From Pavona decussata (taxonomy: Eukaryota), in assembly GCA_977016875.1 (NCBI GenBank), contig CDRNST010000382.1:1612001-1676000 (forward strand): a stretch of DNA of 64,000 bases. Reading direction: 5' to 3'. How positions within the stretch are numbered: the first letter of the stretch is position 1; each line of letters starts with the position of its first letter. A program made the position numbers and the translations under genes. The notes below the pieces were generated by a model. That model saw nothing but the letters and a program-made list of their open reading frames with translations. It was not told where the DNA came from and searched no databases. Of the stretch, positions 33,501 through 45,046 are shown in pieces.

Positions 33501-34014
33501 TGTCACAGTGATTTGGGCATCCCCGAGTTTTGGGCACCCCCGTACCCAAATCCTTAGTGATTCAGGTATCCCCTTCCAATAAAGCTCCGGTGTTCTCGGT
33601 ATCCCCCGGTACCCTCTCCCCATGCGCAAAACACTACTGACTTTGGTATCCCCTCTAAGATGCTAGTAGAATTTTGCGGGAAATACGGAAAATATTGGGA
33701 AGATGGATTCCACAAAATATAGAAATATTTTGGAATATGTGAAAAGCCAGGCCTATATGCCCGGGTTTCCTAAACAGGAAAAGTTAGTTTTATGGAATTT
33801 CTGCAAAAAATTCGAGTACGACCAACAAAAGGATTCCCTGTTTCATATGGATAAACAAAAGGATGACTCGACTTTAAAGCGATTAGTTATAAAGGGCAAC
33901 GAAAAATCCAGGATTTCTGAAGAGTGCCACTCCGCTGATTTTTCTGGCCATGCTGGCAGAGACAACACGCTCAAAAAGGTCAAGCAGCGTTGCTACTGGA
34001 CAGATTATTACAAG
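33501..34014 (+). mobile_element. Ginger/GIN-like integrase element, 5' fragment
   Basis: TGT start with GGCATCCCC-type subterminal repeats. ORF 33703 has the integrase zinc-domain motif ECH..GHAGRDNT..YW. Truncated by a LINE. Confidence 0.6.
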
Positions 34015-35037
34015 GAGGAGGAGCATGCGCGGCCTTGCTAGAAGCTGCCACGTTTTTGTAAGTCGAGCAGCTTTACCCTTCTCCACCTCGAAATACAAGT
34101 CTATGATAAAGCAAGTCGCTCCTGAACCAATATAGAAAGCTTTTTATTGCGGATTTCAGTCAAAGAGGCGATAGAGGATCCGTTGAAGAAAACACTAGTG
34201 TTGCCAAGAAATCCAACATGGCAGACGACTCCGACAATAAAAGTGATACCGTGTGCAGCACAGAAGAGGAACTGAGCCTACGAAAAATTAAAGGCATGCT
34301 TGTTAACATTCAAGCTACCATGGCTTTTATCATTCAGGAAAACTAAAACTTCAGAAAGGAACTCGCCGACTTGAAAAGAGCGGTGGACTTCAATGATAAT
34401 GAACTAAGACAGCTAAAGAAGGACCACCAAGCGACAACCCAGACTCGAGAAGGAACTCGAGAAGACAAAAGAAGAACTCAATGGCACTAAAAAAGTACTA
34501 CAAGATCAGGAAGACGAAACACAAAATCTATGGTTTTCTCTAAATTCACTGAGCAGTAGACACGTAAGAATTTCCTGGACTTTCAGGGCACACCGGAATG
34601 TTTGTACGCTAACGCACATGATGGTGTTATCAGCGTTGCCAAAAAAGATTGATGTCAATATCGAACAAGATGACGTAGAGATCGTTTATAAACTTCAATG
34701 GGAAAAGGTCAAAAAGCCCATAATAGCAAAATTATGCAGTCATAAAGCTTAAGCCAAGATCTACAGAGAAAGATTCAAGCTGAGAAATGTTAGAATCAGC
34801 ATTATCTTCCCACATTATTCTCCAGCCAATGAATCTCTGAACCGCATCTACATCAACAAAAACTTGACAACGTTCAGAGGGGACCTACTATCAAAGGCTT
34901 TGAAAACAAGAAAGGATAAAATCCTGTTATCTGTCTGGACTTTAGACGGTAAGATTTTTGTGAAAACTTCTTCCGACAAGGAACCTATTAGAACACAATC
35001 TGAAGCGGATCTAACCAACATCTGCGCTAAAATCTAA
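34015..35037 (+). mobile_element. LINE 5' UTR and degenerate ORF1
   Basis: ATG at about 34218, coiled coil, EQ*TRKN-like motif, KPIIAK, IYINKNLT, VWTLDGKIFVK. Stops are present. Confidence 0.7.
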
Positions 35038-35314
35038 CAATAAATATCTGTAGCGGAGTAACAGCGCGGCCAAACTGAGGCTATTTCATTTCATTTCATT
35101 TCATTTTTTTTCATTGCCTTTTACCAAGTTAACGGTGCCCATTATTCCTCAGCATGCTCCAAATGGATTTTTCTTTATGTGTATTCTGGTTCTTGTGCTT
35201 TTTTATCTATTTCGTAGGTATGTTTGCAGTTACGATTCCCTTTGTACCCGTTTTAGTCTCTGTAGGCATCTGGTACCGTTTTTTTCTCATGACACGGACA
35301 AAATTATTTTCTTT

Positions 35315-37260
35315 CTATAAATATAAAATTATGTGTGCCCACTGTACTAAAATTAAAACTGCTAGACTACTGCATTTGGAAAGCAAGGAAGGAATGTGAG
35401 TAGCTTCTAACGTTTTCTCTGGCTTTTTGCAGGTAAAAAAATATCGACCATTCAAAGCCTGGCGATGCCGCCGCCCTTCCCTAGTGTTTCTTTCCCTTGG
35501 TTTCTGCCACAAGGCAACAGTTCTGGAGCTCTTTATTGTCTTCTTTCCTTGTTCTTCCAAATTGTGGTTTGCAATTTCAAGAAGGTCACACTCCTTAATT
35601 CTGCTTCTGTCACAGTACATAACAGCGTCACATTCACTTTTGAGAGTATGAACCACCATGTCCATAGTTTCTTCATCCAGTATTTCTTGTCTTCCTGCAC
35701 CAGCTCTTCTGGCTTTAAGTCTATTTTTTTCAATTAGATTCTGGGCAACTCTCGAAACCATTGCTTTAAAGGCGGGAGATTCTTCTGAGGATTGTAACTG
35801 AATTTTCCGGTCATAACTCAATTCAATTGCAGAGAGCTTGTCCTCAATCTTTTTGTGATTGGTTTCAGACAACAAAGCATTTGCCATTGTTTCTTCTAAT
35901 TCAGCTCTCTCCTCACTTAGGTGCTGAAGGTTTTCATTCAATCTAAGCAACATAATGTCTTTGGCAGCCATTTTAGCATTTTTGCACTCGTCAATGACAT
36001 ATCTTTCGAGTGAGGCATTTGCCACAGTAGGTTTTATTCCTGAGTCATACAACTGCTTACCTACATCAAGTAAAGTGAAAAAAGGTTTTCAAGGTACAGC
36101 TTTTTATCTTGCTACAGTAAAGGCATTACAGCATTGAAATGTCAGATTTACATGACTATAGTTTAATTGGCAAAATAAATACTAAATTCACCGGATATCT
36201 TTGCTTCTTTTATAGTTAATAAACTAAAATTGATATGAAATACCTGACATAACAGTTGATAGTAGTCCTCTCATCACTGTTCTGCTCCATTCCGATTCTA
36301 GTGTCCCCAAGAGGCCCTGAACAAATTCATGTGAAAGAGAAGGCCCTTCATTTGGCTTTGCTCTTACCACATCAGTAATCTCCTAATGCAGAAAAATCGT
36401 AGCCGCAATATTAAAGCAAACTACAGAAAGTTTATATATGTATGAAAGTATAAAACTCTCTAGATGTATGTCGATTTCTTGACCTCATTGCTGGTTTTGC
36501 ACTAGGTGCAGCAAGTGAGCCTGCAGTGAGCAACTATAGCTAGTAAAACTATGAGCTGTAGTTTAAATTTAGGAGTTGAGAAACCAAAGTGAAAATACAG
36601 AAGGCTCACAATGTTATTTGTTCCGTTGTTTATATTTTTTATTGAATGCAAATATTGTATTGTTAACCATCGCCAAAGCAGCTGACTGAAAGCTTGGACT
36701 CCCTGTGGTCGCCCAACAAAAGCAGAGTATAAAATAAAACTGGTATATAAACTTACATTCAACAATCCAGAAAGCTCCACTTGATCACTTTGCAATATGA
36801 CAAACAAACGTTCTTGGCATTTAAAAATATAAACACACAGCCCATGCTCTGGGTGCAGAAGGTCTTCTCTAAATTGGTTCTTCTGTTGTTCTAAAGTGAC
36901 ATATTCATGGTTGCTCGTGTAAACAAAATCTGCATAAATGTCGAATGCTAATTCAAAAGGAAGATAACCCTTCCATCGACCATTTGTAATAAACTCTGTT
37001 TCATATTGTGAAGGCATTGAAAGACTTTCCAAAACAGCAACAAGTTCTTGCAATTTCCGGAGCTTCAATTGACCTTTTGTGGTGTTTATCAATCCAATGA
37101 GTTTATTTTGGTTCCGTTCGATTGTCGACGATTGCAAAGATTTGAACAAAACTTCACTTAATCTTGCCTTTTCTACGATACCGTGCTTTTCACTGTCAAG
37201 CGGCCCCTTTCGCCAATCCTCACTAGCCAAGATATTCTCCTTTTCTGTTTGGTCCGCCAT
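35315..37260 (-). pseudogene. Multi-exon uncharacterised gene, probably transposon-borne and 3'-truncated
   Basis: ORFs 36502-37260 and 35315-36052. GTAAG donor at about 36757 and an intervening exon at about 36243-36385. Confidence 0.45.
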
Positions 37261-37399
37261 ATTGGAATACTACTAGTATCCAGTCCCTTTCTTTCAAGAT
37301 AGTAACGCCTAGAATTTTTCAAAAGAATTGACACGGTCCAATGAGCTGTTAAAAGGCGTGCAGTTTTAAAAGTTTACAGCGGCTTACAGCTACTGTAGA

Positions 37400-38459
37400 A
37401 TGGGTAAGGATAGTCGTGGCCAATCAAGGAAGAATTGCCTTGTAAAAGACTGTGATTGTGAAGAATATGAAAGGCCAGGAGAGGATGAAGGCTCAAATAA
37501 ATGCTCGTATTGTGGCTGTCCGCCAGCAAAGCACAGGCGAGTGGAGACCATTGAAGCAGCGTAGGATACTTCTACGACCTTACTCATGTGGACGTAAGTG
37601 GAAAGATAGGAAATTTGGCTTCGTCCCTGATGCTAAAAGAAGAATTTCTCTTTTCGGAAATAAGCTTTTGCCAGATTTTTATGAAAGCTTCAAAGTAAGG
37701 GCTGGATCTAATGTTGAGTTGATGAAAAGAATGTTCATCGCTGAAAGGGACAGACAGTATAATATTACAGTGGACATTGAGCAGCTGGAAAATAGGTTTC
37801 AGTATCTATTGTCTGACAATCCAGCCTGTGCCAGTAGATTTATCTGTAATGACTACAAGCCAAACCCACATGATGACAGTAATATCACTAGATGTAAAAA
37901 TAAGGCAAATAAAATCAAGCTTAAGCTTCAAACCATCAAAGATAAGATATCAAAACATGACGACAGCCTCTGCTCTCAAAACACTGGTAAACTCAAGCCT
38001 GGACTGAGCTGCCATCACAGCTTCAATAATGACAAACGTTGTTATGTAACATCTGGTATCAAGAAGGATGTTGATCGCTTGATTGAAGATTTAGACAAAG
38101 CATTTGCTAAGTACCGGGGTGCTTACCACATTGGCTCAAAATCCAAAACTTCTGAAGCCAGAAAGAGAAAGGAGCAGAGAAAAAAATCAAAGAAACGGAG
38201 ATTGAACGCTTCAAATAACAGACCAAAAAGGGCTTGCATTATATATAGATCCTTGGGAGGAGAGCCTGTTGAACTTTGTTATGAGCCAGAGATGTATGGA
38301 ATTCAGCAAATCGATTCAGTCGATGAAGAAACATTACTTTTATTCACATCAAAAACCGACAAAGCCTGTCTACGAGATCTGTTTGATTCCCATTATTTTA
38401 CGGGGGATGCTGAAAAACAAGTGCATGATTTTTGCTTTACATGGTGTCAGCTTTATTAA
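37400..38459 (+). pseudogene. Uncharacterised ORF with an N-terminal Cys/His zinc-finger-like motif, broken by one frameshift or stop
   Basis: ATG at 37400 gives C..DCDCEEY..CSYCGCPPAKH, followed by the Lys-rich ORF 37452-38459. Confidence 0.45.
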
Positions 38460-40046
38460 ATAGAAGGGTTAAAATTAATCAGTTATCTTTTCATTTTGAT
38501 GGAATTTTTTCAATAATCGTTTAACAGCTGTTTGTATTGATATTTGTTACAGTCTATCATGAGGCCTGTATTGAGAATCTTTCATTGCGTTTAACTTTAT
38601 TTACATTTCGAATAAAACTTAAGGCCCCCCCTCTGTCAAATGAGTGATTTTACTTTGAGCCCCCCTATCTTGGCAGCAATTTTAGGTAATGCCCCCCTCT
38701 CTCGTTTTTCAGCCCCCCCTCCTGATAATTATGGCACAGTCCCTTATTAACACTTGCTCCGCTGGTGAAGTGATCATTGGAGGTGGCTTCAATTGTTCCC
38801 TAACGGCTCAAGATAAGTCTGATGGTTGCGCCATGAATAGAAAGCAAAATGTATCAGTGAAATCACAAATTTATGCAAATGTTTGAATCTTCAGGACGTT
38901 TGGAGGCGCCAACACCCTAATCAAGAACAATCACATGGTGTGATAAGGTTTATGGTCGTTTCGCTACAAAGTCGTTTCACCACAAGTCGTTTCACTGCAA
39001 ATAGAAGTCGATTCGCTGCACATGTAAAGTCAATTTCGTTACAACCTCATGATACTCGAGGTCGCTTCATTACAAAATACTATAATGTATAAATTAGCTT
39101 AACAAACCTTTCATTACACAGCTTGACTGAACACAAACCTCCGTTGTAATTGAAATGTACGTACCCAGTCCTCCGTGAGGATGAAACGTACGTACCCAAA
39201 CCTCCAGACTTTCTAAAAGTCATTCGCTTCTCGTTTCCGGTTAGGCAGTTGGTTTAGTTTATTTATCAATTCTTAAAGAGACTATAAATACATGTGGGAC
39301 TTCAACTACAACTCAATTGCATATTATCCCTTCATGTCGTGTAACTCAATATAACGGACCTGAGAAAACAACAGTTCTTCTGGCACGTGTAAATTATCAT
39401 ATCAATAGACGCATAAACAAATTGTTTTTAAAAACTTGCTTAATTTACTCTATTGTTCAAGTTTAGCTAATAAACCAATCCTATTACTTTTAACTAAGAG
39501 ACATGACATTTCGATCCTCCTGATTGAATAAAACTCAATTTAGCTTGAAAAAAAAAAACCAAAACAAAACAAAACAAAAAACAAACAGATCAATATAGAC
39601 TTACGTTACTTCATCATAGCTTTTTAAAGGATATAAGTCAGTCAAATCTGAGATAATAGGGACCTTAAGTAGAGACAACGACGGCAATGAAAAAAATTAC
39701 ATTCGTGTTTTCTGAAAAAATGTGCGATGTTTTACACATATAAGGTGCGGTTACACAGGGCACTTTTACCATGGTAAATTGCCCTTTTACCACAGGCAAC
39801 TGTATTTAGTAGTGTGAATGATGTTTCCCCGAGGTAAATTTCCCGTGTTAAATATCCATGGATACGTCAAAAAGATCACACGAAGCGCCCATGACATTTA
39901 ACGTGGTACAGTGGTGTTTTGATGCCCAAGGTCGAGAGCCAATCACGATGTTCCGTTTGACAGCAAAAGTTCCTTCGCAGATTTCATCAGCGCCAAATGA
40001 AAAACTCGTTCGTGCCGGAATGAACTGTGGCTTTGAGACTGCAGAT

Positions 40047-41083
40047 ATGGCGGAATTTCGGGCAATGCTGTGAGTATTTTATGTATTTCAATTGATTTCT
40101 CTACCTGTTTAGTAGACCAGCTATTTTGACAGCGGCTACAACCAAAGTTATTTTTATTCTTGTTAGAAATTCGAATATGCATGGTGATTTGTACAATGGA
40201 GTTCTCTTTAACCAGCGATACCAGACACGAGAATCTAACGAACATCAACCTGGACTGTCTGACTTAGTAATCTATCCTGATTATGAGCAATGTCAGCAGT
40301 TTCACCCTAATGTATATACTAGTCTCGATGAAAGTCCTCGCAGTGAACGTCTGTCGGGCCCCTCATGTTCTGGCTACGAGAATGTAAACAAACAGTGGGA
40401 AGCGCCCGAAGTCAAGATCCTTATCTCTGCATACAGAGACCACCAAGAAAATCTGAATAACTCCAAGAGTAGTAAGGGAAAAAAATCTGTATGGGAAAAC
40501 ATTTTTTACACTTTTACTGAGCATTGCAAAACGGCTGGCATTGGAAGTTCCAGAAATTTAGCTCAAATAAAGGAGAAGTGGCCAGCACTATTCGAAAGGT
40601 ACAAAGTGATTGTTGGCAACAGCAAGAAGACAGGTCGCGGCAGAGAATCTTTCGAGTTCTTTGAAATTATGGATGAATTTCTTGGGTGCTCTGACGAAGT
40701 TCGCCCAAAATTTGTCAAGCAAACCCAATTAATGGAGGATAAGAAGAATAGAGAATCGGAAAATCTGAATAAAGAAGAAGCACCCAAGGATTTAGCAGTC
40801 GTGGAAAATTGCAAAGACAGCACTAGCCCAGGTGAGGAGAATGTTTCACAACAGAGGTCACGAAAAAGGAAGAGACGTCAAGAAGAAGGCCAAACCAGTG
40901 AATGGGATAAAGCATTATTTAAACTGCTTTAAGAATCGATTCGACAATCTGAAGAGCGAGATAAAGAGGCCATCCAAGCCATGATGAAATTTCAAGCTGA
41001 CTCAGAACGTAGACACCAAGAATTTATGGTGTCTGTTCTGGGAAAACTTGGTGACATTTTTTCTTCTAAAAAGAAATTTGATT
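40047..41083 (+). pseudogene. Harbinger Myb/SANT-like DNA-binding protein (intron 40070-40166, premature stop at 40930)
   Basis: WEAPEVKILISAY..VWENI..QIKEKW..Y..KKTGRG..FEFFEIMDEFLG. The phase-2 GTGAGT..TTAG intron is consistent with the frame. Confidence 0.85.
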
Positions 41084-41386
41084 GAAACTGTAGGAATATG
41101 AAGAGCTTTATTTTTGTTACACTTCTGTAATGGAGCATAAGGCAAACTTGTTTTTATTTTATTAATGGACCTTGCAGACTCAAATATTAACCAAACGTTC
41201 AAGTTTAATGTAAACATAACTAGTACTGTAGTTCTTTAAGACTTTAGCGTTCATGTTTATCTCAAACCAACTTCAGAACAGTGTCCATCAAAGTAAGTTA
41301 AACAGATTGTACTCTAGTGAAATATCTCGGTTTACAGTTTTTTGCAGAAAACGAGTTAACTGTTTATTCAATGTTTACATTTAGAA

Positions 41387-42604
41387 CTATAGATCGGCAA
41401 CGTAATCAACAACTGCTTGGAGTGTTGCGTTTGCACCTGGTGTGGGGTCTTCATCATCTTTGCTGTCACTGTCGTCGCTATCGTCTGAAACGTCATAGTC
41501 TTCCCCTCTTAATGTGCAAATGTTGTGCAGCACACATGCAGCAATGATTGTAGCAGGGATTCTGTCTGAATCTTCGTCTAAACGTTTCTCTAGTACCCGC
41601 CATCTCCCCTTCGCCTTTCCAATTGCATGCTTGGAGACGATTCTTGCTTTCGACAACTGTTTATTGAATTTCTTTTGTTCTTGTGTTATTGTTCCGTTGT
41701 CCTTCACAGGGCGAAGTAGCCATGTTTTTAAAGGATATGCTGAGTCTCCAATGATTAATGGCCGAATGACTGTACCATTAAGGTCCATTGTAGGCTCCAT
41801 TGAAATGTTTTCGTTTTCAGCAGCGTCAAATATTTCACTTAGTCTCACAACTTGCGCATCATGTAAGCTGCCTGGATATCCTGTTGAAACTGCTAAATAA
41901 AGGCCATGCGAGTCAACAACAGCCTGCATCACATAGCTGTAGAAGTGCTTACGGTTAAAATGGTCCTCATGATTATTTTGTGGCGCCTTGATTGGAATAT
42001 GAGTTCCGTCAATTGCTGCCACTACATTCCGAATCTTGCTGATCTGCGAAAATCCCTTAATTTTTTTCATAGCATCTTGTCCTGTGATCGGAAACTTTAT
42101 GAAATCACCCTGGAGAGAATTTAGTTCATGCACAAATTCATGGCAACATTCTATTGCTGTCGATTTTGAAACTCCCATCATTAGTTCACATGTACGATAA
42201 CAGTCCCCTGTAGCTAGTCGCCACAAGCTTGTGCTCACTCTTTTCTCCACTGAAACTGCGGCTCTCATGGCGGTATCTTGTCGGGATAACGCCGGCCCAC
42301 CTAATCTACGGATGTATTCAAAAGTGGCTCTGGAAACCCGAAAGTTTTCTTTCCACCAGCCATCAAGCAATCTATCATTTAGCAATCTTTCAAACCAAAG
42401 CTGTGGTCGAGGAAGACTCCATACACTTCGACACGTGCGCGCTTTAGTTCCTCCACATCGAATTTGTCTAGTTAAGACAGCAGTACTCTGTTGTATCATT
42501 GCAAGCAACCGCCACCTTTGAAATCTCCTTCGCATAAGTATCGCATAAAAAGGTAAGCAGAAAGTCGTCGGCATGATACCAAGAGAACGACAGCTATGAG
42601 GCAC
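41387..42604 (-). CDS. Harbinger (HARBI1-like) DDE transposase, probably inactive
   Basis: AIDGTHI, NRKHFYS, PGSLHD, GDSAYP. The usual catalytic Glu in R..VE.AFG reads RIVSKHAIG. Confidence 0.9.
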   Translation of the reverse strand: MPHSCRSLGIMPTTFCLPFYAILMRRRFQRWRLLAMIQQSTAVLTRQIRCGGTKARTCRSVWSLPRPQLWFERLLNDRLLDGWWKENFRVSRATFEYIRRLGGPALSRQDTAMRAAVSVEKRVSTSLWRLATGDCYRTCELMMGVSKSTAIECCHEFVHELNSLQGDFIKFPITGQDAMKKIKGFSQISKIRNVVAAIDGTHIPIKAPQNNHEDHFNRKHFYSYVMQAVVDSHGLYLAVSTGYPGSLHDAQVVRLSEIFDAAENENISMEPTMDLNGTVIRPLIIGDSAYPLKTWLLRPVKDNGTITQEQKKFNKQLSKARIVSKHAIGKAKGRWRVLEKRLDEDSDRIPATIIAACVLHNICTLRGEDYDVSDDSDDSDSKDDEDPTPGANATLQAVVDYVADL

Positions 42605-45046
42605 ACTAATTCTCTAGAATCAAACTCCGTGACTCAAGAAGTTGTGATTCAATTTCCCGCCACATTTGCATGACATTTGTTTTACCTTGGGAAATCGCTA
42701 TTCGCGTGTAACTGCTGGAACCACAGTACACTAAAACACAAGTGTGATGTACCGCGGGGAAATTTACCACGGGAAATGCCATTTACCGTGTTGTGTGTAA
42801 CCGCACGTATAGTTTGTGTAATAGATCGATACAATGCAGCTTATTTAATTAATTATTGTGTGTTCTATTCTTTCTTCAGGTTCAAGAGTTGGGACTACAG
42901 GCGGACTGTACAAATGACAGGGGAAGGTACGCCTACATCAGAAAGACAATGGCCCTGCCGTTCCTTCCAGCAAATGAGATTCCTGATATGCATGAACGGC
43001 TTCAAACAATGGCGTCAATCCCGAAACTCCAGCACTTCATCCAGTACGTCGGCGGCACCTGGATCACAGGCAACACGCGGCTGCCTTCATCATGGAGTAT
43101 CTTCATTAAGTCCATCCGCACGAACAACGACATCGAGGGCTGGCATCTTGGGCTGAATCGCTGCGCGTCTGGAAAATCCCAGCTTCCTTTATACCTGCTA
43201 ATCAGTCTCCTTCACCGTGAGGCCCGTCGGACATCCCTTCAAATCAGGCTAGTTTCCGAGAAAAAGTCACGGGCGCATCCAGAAGAAAAAGTTCCAAGAC
43301 CTCCAGACCAAGATCTTCAACCTCTGGGATGAATTCAACTCTAGTGCCCGCAGTGCAAGAAAGTTATTAAAAGCGTGCTCCTACCTCAACGACCCAGCAG
43401 CTTCATAAAACGGCTCGAGTTTGTACAATAGAATACTACAAATTTTCACCAAACATATTACATGTTACATAACTTTATTCTTATTTGACCTTTGGGAAAA
43501 CTGGGTAATACAATTTCATCGATCGAGTCCGCTTGTGCAGAAAACCAGTTCCAATTTTCATTGAACATATTACATACGAAAACTAACTTTGTCCTTATTT
43601 AGCCGCAAGAAAACTGGGTGTCACAATTCCATTGATCGAGTCCGCTTGAGATAATTTGTTCAATAGAATACTCCAAATTTTCACCGAAGATATTAAAATG
43701 TTACATACGAAAACTAACATTATTGACCTTTGGGAAAACTGGGTAATACAAATGATTCCATCGATCGAGTCCACTTATTTGACCTTTGGGAAAACCACTA
43801 ACTTTGTTGTTCTTTGGCCGCAAGAAACACTCGGTAATACCATTCTATTGATCGAGAAAACTTCAAATTTTAACCGAACATATTACATACGAAAACTAAC
43901 ACGAAGTCTGAATTTTTCTTGAGTTTAATTCTGTAGCGAAACGACTTTGTAGCGAAACAACTTCACTGAAGTGAATTGACTTCTATTTGCAGCGAAACGA
44001 CCGGACTCCCGTGATAAAGCTTTAAAAGTACAATGTAGTCTAGACTATTGGTTAGTTTTGGCAAAACTGTCTTCCCTTGTATTAAGCACGGTCATCTGTA
44101 GCTCCACACTTTCTGATCACTGGGCAATAGTTTTAAATCTCCGATCTAAAGATTATGTACCAACAGACCCTGGTTTCTGGAAATTTAATAATTCTCTACT
44201 GAACGATAACATTTTCATTTATCAGTTAGAGAATAGGATCTCAAAATACAAAAGCAAATATTGCTATTTGGAGGACAAAGGTCTTGCCTAAGACATGATC
44301 AAAATGGAAATAAGAGGATTCTGTGTGCAATACTGCAAAAGGAAAAATAGAGAACGTAGAGTTGCTAAAAAAGAGCTTTCCAATCAGATTGACACCCTGT
44401 TGAGAATACTAGCGACACATAGAACAAAAGAGAACATCACCAAGCTATACTGTCTCAGATCGAAGCTTGATAAGCGAGCGGCATATAAGACCAAAGGAGC
44501 CATTATAAGAAGCCGTACAAGATGGCACGAACAAGGTGAAAAAATACCAAATATTTCCTAAACTTAGAAAAAAGGCAAAATTCTAAATCATATATATCCG
44601 GACTTAAACTGGAAAATGGCCAGGAAATCACAAATTCTGATGAAATTTTAGCGCATCAAAAACTGTTCTACCAAAATCTGTATACAGCAGTACCTACCAG
44701 CGATGTCCATGACAATTTATTCTTTAACGATCCTAGTTTAACTAAATTAAACGAGAACGAGCAAAAAGAGCTTGAATTGCCTCTTACCCAAGAAGAATGT
44801 TTACGAACCCTAAAGCAGTTCGCAAAAGGTAAATGTCCAGGAAGTGACGGGTTCTCCTTCAAATTTTATTTACACTTCTGGCCTTTATTAGGGGATAAAA
44901 TGGTTCAAAGCTTCAACTACGGCCTCAAGCACGGGCAACTAAATATTACTCAAAAACAGGGAATCATTAAAGTTGTACCAAAAAAACTGACTTTACTTAG
45001 AAAATTGGCGACCAATATCACTTCTTAATATTGATTATCAGATTGC

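Larger units (their letters stand above)
39743..42808. mobile_element. Full-length PIF/Harbinger transposon
   Basis: TIRs AGGTGCGGTTACAC and GTGTAACCGCACGT, 3-bp ATA flanks, and two convergent genes. Confidence 0.92.
38947..44009 (+). mobile_element. MULE/Mutator-like element, internally deleted, carrying a nested Harbinger
   Basis: TIRs GG....GGTCGTTTCGCT with subterminal repeats. 8-bp TSD TGTGATAA/CGTGATAA. Transposase C-terminus at 42880-43400 (MALPFLP, WSIF, RTNNDIEGWH). Confidence 0.82.
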
